Assembly: GCA_037137755.1 (NCBI GenBank)
Contig: JBAXJR010000044.1
Location: forward strand, 1-18,075
DNA: 18,075 bases
Reading direction: 5' to 3'
Origin: Methanomicrobiales archaeon
GTDB lineage: Archaea; Halobacteriota; Methanomicrobia; Methanomicrobiales; Methanospirillaceae
A model generated the notes under the pieces. It was not told the origin of the DNA. It did not search any database and saw only the letters and a program-made list of their open reading frames with translations. Shown one piece after another: positions 8,088 to 16,309 of this stretch (positions are counted from its first letter, which is position 1; each line of letters opens with the position of its first letter). The position numbers and the translations under genes were made by a program.

Positions 8088-8660
8088 TTAGTAGTTCTCA
8101 CACCAGACTTCGTAATACGCCTGTGGGTGATCGCAGACCGGGCATTTATCAGGGGCTGAAATATCCTCATGTACATACCCGCAATTTCTGCATTTCCAGT
8201 GGGTCCTGGCTGATTTTTTAAAGACCGTACCCAGGCTGACATTAGCAAGCAGTTTTCTGTATCGCTGTTCATGATGGGCTTCGACTTTTGCGATCTCCCG
8301 GAAGGTGTGGGCCGCTTTTGAAAAACCCTCCTTATCTGCAACAACCGCAAATCCGGGGTACAGGGTAGCCCATTCCAGTTTCTCCCCTTCTGCGGCTGCC
8401 AGTAAGTTTGCAGCCGTCGTCGCTATCACACCTGCCGGGTAGGATGCAGTAATCTGGGCATCCCCACCCTCGAGAAGCGTAAAATAGAGCTTGGCATGCT
8501 CCCTCTCGTTATCCGAGGTTTCCTGGAAAATTGCGGAGATTTGTTCATACCCTTCTTTCTTCGCAACAGATGCAAAAAATGAGTACCTCATTCTTGCCTG
8601 TGATTCTCCGGCAAATGCCGCAAGAATATTTTTTTCGGTCTCTGAGCCTTTCAGATTCAT
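8088..8660 (-). CDS. rbr: Rubrerythrin
   Basis: 'AFAGESQARMRY', di-iron motifs 'NEREHA' and 'VEAHHE', C-terminal rubredoxin-like CRNC...CPVC. RBS AGGTGA at 8665-8670. Confidence 0.97.
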   Translation of the reverse strand: MNLKGSETEKNILAAFAGESQARMRYSFFASVAKKEGYEQISAIFQETSDNEREHAKLYFTLLEGGDAQITASYPAGVIATTAANLLAAAEGEKLEWATLYPGFAVVADKEGFSKAAHTFREIAKVEAHHEQRYRKLLANVSLGTVFKKSARTHWKCRNCGYVHEDISAPDKCPVCDHPQAYYEVWCENY

Positions 8661-8720
8661 GCCATCACCTGTATACGATGATGAACCTGGGATCTTTTAA
8701 CATTTTGCGATCTTGCAGGG

Positions 8721-8737
8721 ATTTAAAAATATTTTCC
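8721..8737 (-). promoter_or_regulatory. BRE/TATA promoter of rubrerythrin
   Basis: Minus strand GGAAAATATTTTTAAAT about 60 nt upstream of ATG 8660. Confidence 0.55.
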
Positions 8738-8833
8738 GCTGCCGGGATCACAGGATGGATAGGGCATCATACCAATCATGCAGGTACAAAATTTTACGGT
8801 TCCTGTCATGAATAATCCCGGGGTATCGTTTAA

Positions 8834-8847
8834 CCGAAAGTATATAC
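8834..8847 (+). promoter_or_regulatory. BRE/TATA promoter of the DUF5698 gene
   Basis: CCGAAAG-TATATAC about 95 nt upstream of ATG 8943. GGAGTG RBS before the start. Confidence 0.55.
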
Positions 8848-8942
8848 TCCCCGGAATTGAAAAATAAAGACAATTAGTTCAGTGTTCCAGCACTACGTCC
8901 GGTTCGGCCGGCGGGTACCAGGTCTCTGATCAGGAGTGTTCT

Positions 8943-9494
8943 ATGGATTATACCGTACCCCTCATTATCCTCGTAGCGAGGATCATCGAGACAAGCCTCG
9001 ATACCATCCGTACGGTCTACATCAGCAAAGGTCATTCAAACCTTGCGGCAAATATCGGTGTCGTAAAAATTGGTATCTGGCTCCTCTCGACCGGGCTTGT
9101 ACTTTCAAACCTGAACGATTACTGGAGCATTTTTGCATATGTTGCAGGGTACGGGATCGGAACCCTGCTCGGGACTGAGATTGAAAAAATTATATCAATT
9201 GGGTCTGTAATCGTCCGCCTTATCACGCGTGATGACCCGGCAGAGTTGATAGAACGGCTCTCAAAGCAGGGGTATGGCCTGACGCGGCTTGAAGGTACAG
9301 GAAGCTTTTCGGATTCAGTTAACGTAATCCTGATGATTGTCCCCCGGAGCGAGCAGTCAGTACTGGTCTCGATCCTGTCGAAGGAATATCCGGATGTGTT
9401 GTATACGGTTGAGGATGTAAGGTCCTTAAAAGGCGGCGCAGTAATATTCCACAAGGATACAAAAAACAGGATACTCGGGTTCTTCGGGTTATGA
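8943..9494 (+). CDS. UPF0316 family (DUF5698 + DUF2179) membrane protein
   Basis: Three TMs with 'RIIETSLDTIRT', 'AYVAGYGIGTLLG', then a soluble domain 'GYGLTRLEGTG...YTVEDVR'. Confidence 0.85.
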   Translation: MDYTVPLIILVARIIETSLDTIRTVYISKGHSNLAANIGVVKIGIWLLSTGLVLSNLNDYWSIFAYVAGYGIGTLLGTEIEKIISIGSVIVRLITRDDPAELIERLSKQGYGLTRLEGTGSFSDSVNVILMIVPRSEQSVLVSILSKEYPDVLYTVEDVRSLKGGAVIFHKDTKNRILGFFGL

Positions 9495-9910
9495 AACTAA
9501 AAAACATGGGTCAGGGAGAGGGGTCCATACCAGTGATTAGGACCGGCTGGTATACTGCCTGATAACGAATCATATTAAAAAAAGGACGATTAGCAATCCC
9601 GGGATTTCCTCCAGTATAACGGGCCCGTTTCAATTCATTCATCGCTGACAAAAAAGACCGGATTTTCTTAAAATATCGTTTGCATGGGAGGAGGGAACAA
9701 AACCGGTTTCACCCGGAATCCTGCAATGACAGGGTGCCTTATCCCGGATATCCGTATCACCGGATAAGACAGGACTGCGAACGGTGACCGAAATGAATAA
9801 GGAACCTTAATTGTGGCAGGCAGACATAGGTACGTAGTCAAAAGTCCATGGTTGCGACGAAGGAGAACTCGTAACTCATTACAAGAGTCATGGCAGGGAG
9901 TCCGATCTGA

Positions 9911-10999
9911 TTGGGACAGGTATTGCTTTCACCGTTGAACTGGGGCCTTGGCCACGCATCACGTGACGTCCCGGTCATACGTGAATTACTAAGGAACCAT
10001 CACGAGGTTACCATCGCTGCCGGGGGTAATGCCCTCCAGCTCTTAAAATTGGAGTTTCCCACCTGTAACTGTATTGATTTTCCGGATTATCCGCTGGCAG
10101 ACAACAGGGGGAGATTTTTTTTCCCACGGTTCACAGCGCACGTTCCCGCGCTGGTACAGGCACTTGCAGAAGAACGGAGGAATTTATTCAAGATTCTGAA
10201 AGAAACCTCTTATGACCTCATTATCAGTGATTCCCGCCCTGGGGTATACTCTGATTCTGTCCCGTCGATCCAGATATCCCACCAGGTCCACCAGAGTTTT
10301 CCTTTTATTGTCTGGCCAATCGAACTGATTGCCCTCTATGTGAATGGCAGGGGGTTTAAAAAATTTGATTCTGTCATTATTCCCGATAACCCCCCGGGCC
10401 CGCTCTCTCTTGCCGGAAAACTGTCGCGTACTACCGGAACCGGGACAAAAAAACTGTCATATTACTCAGGGATTCTTGCGAGCATCCCAAAGGTCAGTTC
10501 CAAAAAAGAGATCGATTATCTCTTCCTCATATCAGGTATGGAGCCACAACGGACAGTGCTTGAAAAAATTGTGATGCCGCAGGTCAGTGACCTGCCTGGC
10601 AGAAAAGTAGTATTGCTCGGGAAACCTTCTGATAACCGTGTAATGGCGCCTGATGATGATACGACCGTGTATTCGTATGTTTCCTACAAGGAAAAAGCGG
10701 AGCTGATGTCGGGATCGAAATTCATCATCTGCCGCTCCGGGTATACCACCATGATGGACCTTGCCGAGATCGGGCTGAAAAATGGACTTTTCGTCCCTAC
10801 TCCCGGGCAGTGGGAGCAGGAATATCTCTCGTCCTATTACAACAGGAAGGGCTGGTTCATGTCAAAAAACCAGGCGGGATTGCGCCTTTCACGGGATGTT
10901 GAGAGAGCTGAGGGGTATTACGGGTTCCCGGAAATGGCCCACACCGAAGAGAATGTGCGGAAATTGTACCAGGATCAACTTGCCCGGTACCTGGAGTAA
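9911..10999 (+). CDS. GT-B fold glycosyltransferase (GT28 C-terminal domain / MurG-like)
   Basis: N-terminal 'SPLNWGLGHASR', C-terminal 'ICRSGYTTMMDL' and 'VPTPGQWEQEYL'. TTG start with GGGAG 10 nt upstream. Confidence 0.9.
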   Translation: MGQVLLSPLNWGLGHASRDVPVIRELLRNHHEVTIAAGGNALQLLKLEFPTCNCIDFPDYPLADNRGRFFFPRFTAHVPALVQALAEERRNLFKILKETSYDLIISDSRPGVYSDSVPSIQISHQVHQSFPFIVWPIELIALYVNGRGFKKFDSVIIPDNPPGPLSLAGKLSRTTGTGTKKLSYYSGILASIPKVSSKKEIDYLFLISGMEPQRTVLEKIVMPQVSDLPGRKVVLLGKPSDNRVMAPDDDTTVYSYVSYKEKAELMSGSKFIICRSGYTTMMDLAEIGLKNGLFVPTPGQWEQEYLSSYYNRKGWFMSKNQAGLRLSRDVERAEGYYGFPEMAHTEENVRKLYQDQLARYLE

Positions 11000-11076
11000 G
11001 CTACTATGGCAATGTGTGGTACCGGTATGTCACGGAATTGCTCTTCGTTCCAGAGGTCTTTCCCGGGGTGTACTCT

Positions 11077-11316
11077 ATGAACGTATTCGGGCGACATATT
11101 GAGCCTCTTGTATTCTGGTGGACACTGGGTATTGCAATCGCCTACCTGTTCCTTATCGGGCTTATTGCATGGCTTGTATTCCAGGGAATCCTCCTCCTGG
11201 AAGCATATAATACCGGTAATATCTCTTATATTGACTGGAAACTCTGGCGCTATGCCCTTATGGCAGTGGTTTATTTTACTATTGGTGGCTTTTTAAGGGC
11301 AATCCGTTTTATCTGA
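11077..11316 (+). CDS. Small two-TM membrane protein (79 aa), unknown function
   Basis: GGGGTG RBS 6 nt before ATG 11077 (the ORF track starts at 11014). Two hydrophobic helices. Confidence 0.65.
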   Translation: MNVFGRHIEPLVFWWTLGIAIAYLFLIGLIAWLVFQGILLLEAYNTGNISYIDWKLWRYALMAVVYFTIGGFLRAIRFI

Positions 11317-11400
11317 CAATAATTGGACTTAACTGACATCATTTCAGGTCTGCCTGACAGACTGGCGGGGATCCTGGAATGTGCTCCGGCTCCCGGACAT

Positions 11401-11574
11401 CTACCAGGTAAACGTGCACTGACCGGTTGTGCAGAAATAATTCAACCAGATTAGTGACCCGATAAAAATCAAACCCATAATAATTGTCGGGATTAACCAG
11501 TCAGGTGTCTCAATCGGGTAAAACGGTAATTTTTCCAGCAATGTAAAGACTCCTGGGGTAACCCCCAGTCCCAT
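11401..11574 (-). CDS. Small single-TM protein (57 aa) with C-terminal CxxxxC
   Basis: MGLGVTPGVFTLLEKLPFYPIETPDWLIPTIIMGLIFIGSLIWLNYFCTTGQCTFTW. A TATA box at 11613-11620 favours ATG 11574 over the ORF-track start 11643. Confidence 0.6.
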   Translation of the reverse strand: MGLGVTPGVFTLLEKLPFYPIETPDWLIPTIIMGLIFIGSLIWLNYFCTTGQCTFTW

Positions 11575-11612
11575 ATCCAGGTCGTTTATACAAGGAATCA
11601 TAACATCATGGG

Positions 11613-11620
11613 TATATAAA
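11613..11620 (-). promoter_or_regulatory. TATA box for the 57-aa protein
   Basis: Minus strand TTTATATA 38 nt upstream of ATG 11574. Confidence 0.55.
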
Positions 11621-11780
11621 AAAATTGTCACGAAGAGCGGCAAATCGTGACGAGGGAGATCCCCGGAATTAATTTCCGGTCATGGAAAAAATCCCAAATA
11701 CACCTGAACAGACACTAACCGGAGGATAGAATACCTTGAGGGTCAGTCTCCTGGAACAGAAAAGGGGTCAGAAAACCTTT

Positions 11781-13872
11781 TCAGGGGGGGGTTTCGTGAG
11801 CACTGGTAAACCGGTAAAACCCTTGTGGCACAACAATCTCGAAACGTGCGCCCTTTCCGGGTTCACCAGTCTCTTTTATGGTAATGCCGGTAATGGACAG
11901 AATTTCCCGGCAAAGGAAAAGACCAAGACCGGTATTTTTCCCAAAACCCCGTTCGAAGACTTTTTCTTTTTCTTCTTCTGGAATACCGGCACCATCGTCT
12001 TCAAAGATCAGGGTAATTCCGGCTTCCGTTTCTTCATACCGGAGATCCAGTTCTGTTACGCCCACGGCATGTTTCAGGACGTTGTCAACAAGGGATAAAA
12101 ACGCGTTTTTAAGCAATGGGTCAGCATAAATTTCCAGATTATGTAAGCTGATCTTCCGCGACATTTCCAGGGGAGGCAGGTGTGAAATTGCCAGGACAAA
12201 AACATGGCTCACATTCTGCCACCGGGGTGGATGAATCCCCATATCCTGGTAATTTTTTGCAAAATTTAAAGCAGCGACGATTTTTTGTGTCTGTACTCCA
12301 CATTTTTCCAGTTGTTTTTTCTGTGTTTCATCGAAGATGCCATATCCTACCAGCTCCAGGTACGCAGAAAGGGTAAAGATTGCACTCCTGATATCCTGGA
12401 ACGTAAACGTATTCAGGAGGTTCAGTTTTTTGCGGGCCTGTTCAAGAGCTAGCTGGCTTTTATTGATTTCCCGGATCCCATCCCGCAGCGCCTGGTCAGT
12501 ATCCATGAGTTCTTCATACGCCGAACTAAGTTCCTCATTCGTCCTGGATAACTCCAATTCAGTCACTTTACGGTGGCTAATTTCCGCTTCCAGCCTTAAT
12601 ACTGATTCCGCAAGTTGTTCTGTGCGTTCCCTGACCCTGGATTAAAGTTCCACTTCTGTCTGTTTGCGTTCAGTTATATCCAGGAGAGCACCCCTGATAC
12701 CTGCAGGCCGGTTGTCGTGAACGATGGTACCTGCATAGATGATAACCGGGAATACGCTGCCATCTTTTCTCTGTGCGGTGTACTCAACCCCTCTAGGTTG
12801 TTCTCCCCTTAATAACGCAGCAAAATAAATCCCGGCCCTTTCCCAGTCTTCCGGGAGCAGCATATGCTGGCCATTTATTCCTTTCTGAAACTCTTCATTT
12901 GAAAAACCAAATGTTTCAAGTGCAAAACGGTTTGTCGATGTAATAGTTCCCTTATTATCAGTTTCAAAAATCGTCTGGGGTAACAGTTCAACGAAATCCT
13001 TGAACTTTTTCTCACTCTCCCCAATTTTGCGGTCATACTCTGACCGTCGGTTCTCGATCCCCAGAATTCCGAACATCACCGCGATCATCGCAAGAATGCC
13101 AATAAGGAAGACAACCAGGTTTGCCTGGTTCAACACAGCCATAACGACAGTGCTGTCCATGTCAACACAGACAATACCAAAGACAGTTCCTGAATGGTCC
13201 CTGATCGGGGAAAAACCAGATAAAACAGTCCCCCACTCATCTGTTGTAAAGTCGCGGTTGACCGTAGGGGAGCGGAATCCCAGGATCAGCCCGGGTGCAG
13301 CTTGAGGATACACATCTCCAATCCTGGCCGAGTCCGGTTCATACCCGTAATCACCATCGACAACAAATTCAACGGTATCACCGTTTTTTCGCATGGTGTA
13401 TACATACGGGATATCCGGCGTCGCCAGTCTTGTATGCCTGGGCTGGTCCCTGATATGAACAAAGCGGGGTGTCTCTTCTTCACCGGTTTTTATCTGCGCG
13501 AATTCTTCACCATCAATCTTGGACGATATTACCGTTGCAACGGAGATCAGCTTGTCCTGGACATTACCCCCCTGGTACAGGTTATTAAATCCTACCCTCA
13601 ACGTGGCGACGGATACCTGCCTTTTGACAGGTATTCATTGAGCGTAAAAAAATTGTTTTCTGGATGTGCAATCGCGTCTTGCTGTTTTAAAAAGAGTCAT
13701 ATACGGTTTTGAATCCCGGATCAGGGATAACAGACAGGAGGATGCCCACCACCAGACCTATCATCATGAGCAAAACCCGCCTGACACTACCAAAAACCAA
13801 ACAGGTATCCTGGTTAAACGACTGGGTCTGGTTATAATCCAAAAGGCGAGTCCCATTTGTGGGTACAGGCAT
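11781..13872 (-). pseudogene. Disrupted membrane sensor kinase-like gene (TM, Cache-like sensor, TM, PAS, coiled coil, His-less DHp, HATPase)
   Basis: Three ORF pieces: 13687-13872, 12642-13601, 11781-12566. The last two are in the same frame, separated by one TAA (12642-12644) in 'EVEL*SRVRERTEQL'. The first piece (TM) is out of frame across 13570-13726. HATPase boxes 'DNVLKH', 'EDDGAG', 'GFGKNTGLGL'. Confidence 0.85.
13570..13726. mobile_element. Putative 157-bp miniature insertion in the kinase pseudogene
   Basis: Imperfect terminal inverted repeats CCCTGGTACAGGTTATTAAATCC / GGTTTTGAATCCCGGATCAGGG, internal hairpin at 13611-13636. Excision restores the frame (..LSVMGNVQDKL..). No target-site duplication seen. 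Confidence 0.4.
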
Positions 13873-14088
13873 TACAATGACACTTCGCTATCATCTGGCC
13901 TGTTTCAGTGGTGACAAGGTCGTCAAACTCTGTATCCTTCGATTTACAGTTAGGACAAAGAATATCTGCCATAAGGAAATGTCACCTGAAAACAAAAACT
14001 TCTGTCAGTATACTATGATAGTGGGGTATTTCAACCTCACTAAACGCACAAAAATGTAACGGCCCTATATAGGGAATACCCGGGACTA

Positions 14089-15891
14089 TTATTCTTCAGC
14101 TGGCTCCGAAACCCGGTATGCCCCTTTTGGAACGGTAATCTCGAACCGGACCCCGTTCCCCGCAGAACCGGTCTCCTTAATGTCAATGCCCGTGAGGGAG
14201 AGGATCTCCCGTACCAGGAAGAGTCCAAGACCGGTGTTCTTCCCAAACCCACGGTCAAAAATTCTTTCCTTCTCGTCGCCAGGAACGCCAACCCCGTCAT
14301 CTTCCCAGGCAACGATAAGGCCCTTCTCAATCAGTTCCCATGAAACCCGGATGTGACTCACCCGCTGACCGTGCCGGATGGAATTGTCGAGGAGATTGAA
14401 AAAGACCTTTTCGAGCATCAGGTCTGCGTATACAAACACACCCGGCAGATCAACATCCATCGTGATAGTTGCAGGGAGGTGGAGGCGGAGCAGGAGCTTT
14501 TCGAGTTCCTGCCACTGCGGCTCGTGAGTCCCGAGGCCCCCGTAGACCCTTGTGAATTCAATCTGGGAACCGATTGCTTTTATTGCAGATTCGACTTTTT
14601 CAATCGAGGTACCCATTTCCGGATTAGTTGTCTTTTTCCTGGCAATGGCAAGGTGACCCAGGATTACCATGACCTTGTTGAGGATATCATGACGGGTGAT
14701 GCTCCCCAGCAGGTTAAGCTGGCGGTTGGCACGCCGGAGGGCGTCCTCTGTCTGCTTTCGTTCGGTTATATCGGTGAGGAAATTCAATGTTGCGGGATTG
14801 CCTTTCCATGTGGTGATGACTGCCGAAATCTGGACCCATATCATCCGGCCTTCCTCACCAAGGATTCTGAAATCATATTTCGATAGAACCTGTTCACCCT
14901 GGAGCCGCCGCTGGTACCGGTCGGCAACAAGGGCCCGATCATCAGGGTAAATGAAGGAAACAAATGGCTTGTCTGCTATCTTTTCCGGGGTTGACTGTAT
15001 CATTTCCAACGCCTTCGGGTTCGCATACTTTAATACCCCGTCCTGGGCCGCCACAATTCCTTCAGACGCATTTTCAATGACAGACCGGTATTGTGTTTCA
15101 CTCTCCGCAAGTGCTTCCTCTGCTTTCTTCCATGCCGAGACATCCCGGATAGATTCGATCGCCCCTGATATCTGCCCGGATTTGTTGTAGACTGGACTGG
15201 CTTTTCCCCATAGAATCACATCCCTGCCACCCGGATGTGCAACGATCGCATCAGTAACCAGCACATCACCTTCCCGGTGGATAAGTAAATTTTCCCCCCC
15301 CCCCGGGTCCTCCCCCGCAGGGATGAGCGCCATATCTGCAAGCATTGGCTTCCGCTCACCGTATAACGGTACTGAGTACTCATAATTACCCCTGCCAAGC
15401 ATTTCCGTGGCCTTAACACCTGTAATCTCCTCCATTGCCCGGTTCCAGGTCTCAACTTCACCGGCAGTATTGATCGCAAACGTTGGATCGGGAAGAAAAT
15501 CGATAATCTGGGAAAGCCTGCGTTCTGAATCATGAAGCGCCGCTTCTGCACGGATCCGTATCATTGAAAGATAGGTAATCACACCTGCAACGAGTATGAA
15601 AATACTGACACGGATAAGAGCGCCCACAATGACCGATTCGTCATGTGAAACGGAGAGCATCATACCAAGGTACAAAAAGGCGAGAAAAACTGAAAAGATA
15701 AAACCACGCTTCAGATAAAACACGCAGGAAATGATAATCGGGAAATAAAAGAGGTTCTGAAATATGGTGAGCCATCCCTGCAGAAGTGAGAGAATACTGA
15801 TGGCGATAACTATAGCCGTACTTGAAACAAGCATAACCAGCGGTGTACGGTCTGTAATTCTGATGCCTGGAAAAATGGTTGTGTTTTTCAT
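14089..15891 (-). CDS. Membrane-bound PAS-PAS sensor histidine kinase
   Basis: About four N-terminal TMs ('FQNLFYFPII'), two PAS/PAC domains ('IIDFLPDPTF..WNRAMEE', 'VIENASEG..YANP..YPDD'), H-box 'ITRHDILN', HATPase 'NLLDNSIRHG', 'EDDGVG', 'GFGKNTGLGL'. Confidence 0.95.
   Translation of the reverse strand: MKNTTIFPGIRITDRTPLVMLVSSTAIVIAISILSLLQGWLTIFQNLFYFPIIISCVFYLKRGFIFSVFLAFLYLGMMLSVSHDESVIVGALIRVSIFILVAGVITYLSMIRIRAEAALHDSERRLSQIIDFLPDPTFAINTAGEVETWNRAMEEITGVKATEMLGRGNYEYSVPLYGERKPMLADMALIPAGEDPGGGENLLIHREGDVLVTDAIVAHPGGRDVILWGKASPVYNKSGQISGAIESIRDVSAWKKAEEALAESETQYRSVIENASEGIVAAQDGVLKYANPKALEMIQSTPEKIADKPFVSFIYPDDRALVADRYQRRLQGEQVLSKYDFRILGEEGRMIWVQISAVITTWKGNPATLNFLTDITERKQTEDALRRANRQLNLLGSITRHDILNKVMVILGHLAIARKKTTNPEMGTSIEKVESAIKAIGSQIEFTRVYGGLGTHEPQWQELEKLLLRLHLPATITMDVDLPGVFVYADLMLEKVFFNLLDNSIRHGQRVSHIRVSWELIEKGLIVAWEDDGVGVPGDEKERIFDRGFGKNTGLGLFLVREILSLTGIDIKETGSAGNGVRFEITVPKGAYRVSEPAEE
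15294..15304 (-). repeat. G11 homopolymer in the kinase coding strand
   Basis: C11 on the plus strand; reads CCG GGG GGG GGG GAA (PGGGE), in frame. Confidence 0.9.
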
Positions 15892-16079
15892 GGTATGTTT
15901 TTCGAAAAATCTGGACCCGATTCCGCCCGGTATGCCCCCACCGGCACCAAAATCCCGGACCTAAGGTGATGCCTGGAACCCGGAAATGTTATCATGGAAA
16001 CCATAGCGGTACCCTAACGTTTACTCAGCCATACACGTTTCAATGGGAGTTTTTATTTGAACGGGTCGATATTCACCGG

Positions 16080-16093
16080 GAATAGATATATAG
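16080..16093. promoter_or_regulatory. TATA-like element in the divergent kinase/PiT intergenic region
   Basis: GAATAGATATATAG, a purine-rich BRE-like segment plus ATATATA. Direction cannot be determined with certainty. Confidence 0.4.
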
Positions 16094-16309
16094 TGATTGC
16101 CGGGATTTCCTGCCGGTGCAGGAATAATGAATAGTCAGGTAGCTTCCCGGATAGATGCAGTATACCGGTTGGAATATTGCCGAAGTGAACAAGAAAAGGA
16201 TAATAAACAGGGAACGTTATGTAAACCTGTAAGAGTTCTCTTCGCATAACTCTGACCCCGATAGTAACGCTGGCAGCAACCCCGGCAGCAGGGGAGGGCC
16301 CAGGGGATC

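Noticed and set aside
9848-9910. Two tiny in-frame uORFs (MVATKENS*, MAGSPI*) before the glycosyltransferase TTG
   Set aside because: Too short to distinguish from chance. The GT N-terminal motif starts right at 9911, so no readthrough is needed.
11784-11791. G8 (plus strand) tract at the pseudokinase end
   Set aside because: Lies in the last codons, so slippage would only alter the tail of an already disrupted gene.
12642-12644. Programmed readthrough (pyrrolysine or selenocysteine) in the split kinase
   Set aside because: The codon is TAA, it replaces a probable Glu, and the gene has a second lesion.
11800-14450. DNA similarity between the two kinase 3' ends (about 11800-12130 and 14100-14430) as a DGR template/variable repeat or recent duplication
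   Set aside because: Differences are scattered, largely synonymous and not adenine-specific, with no reverse transcriptase; ordinary paralogous HATPase conservation.
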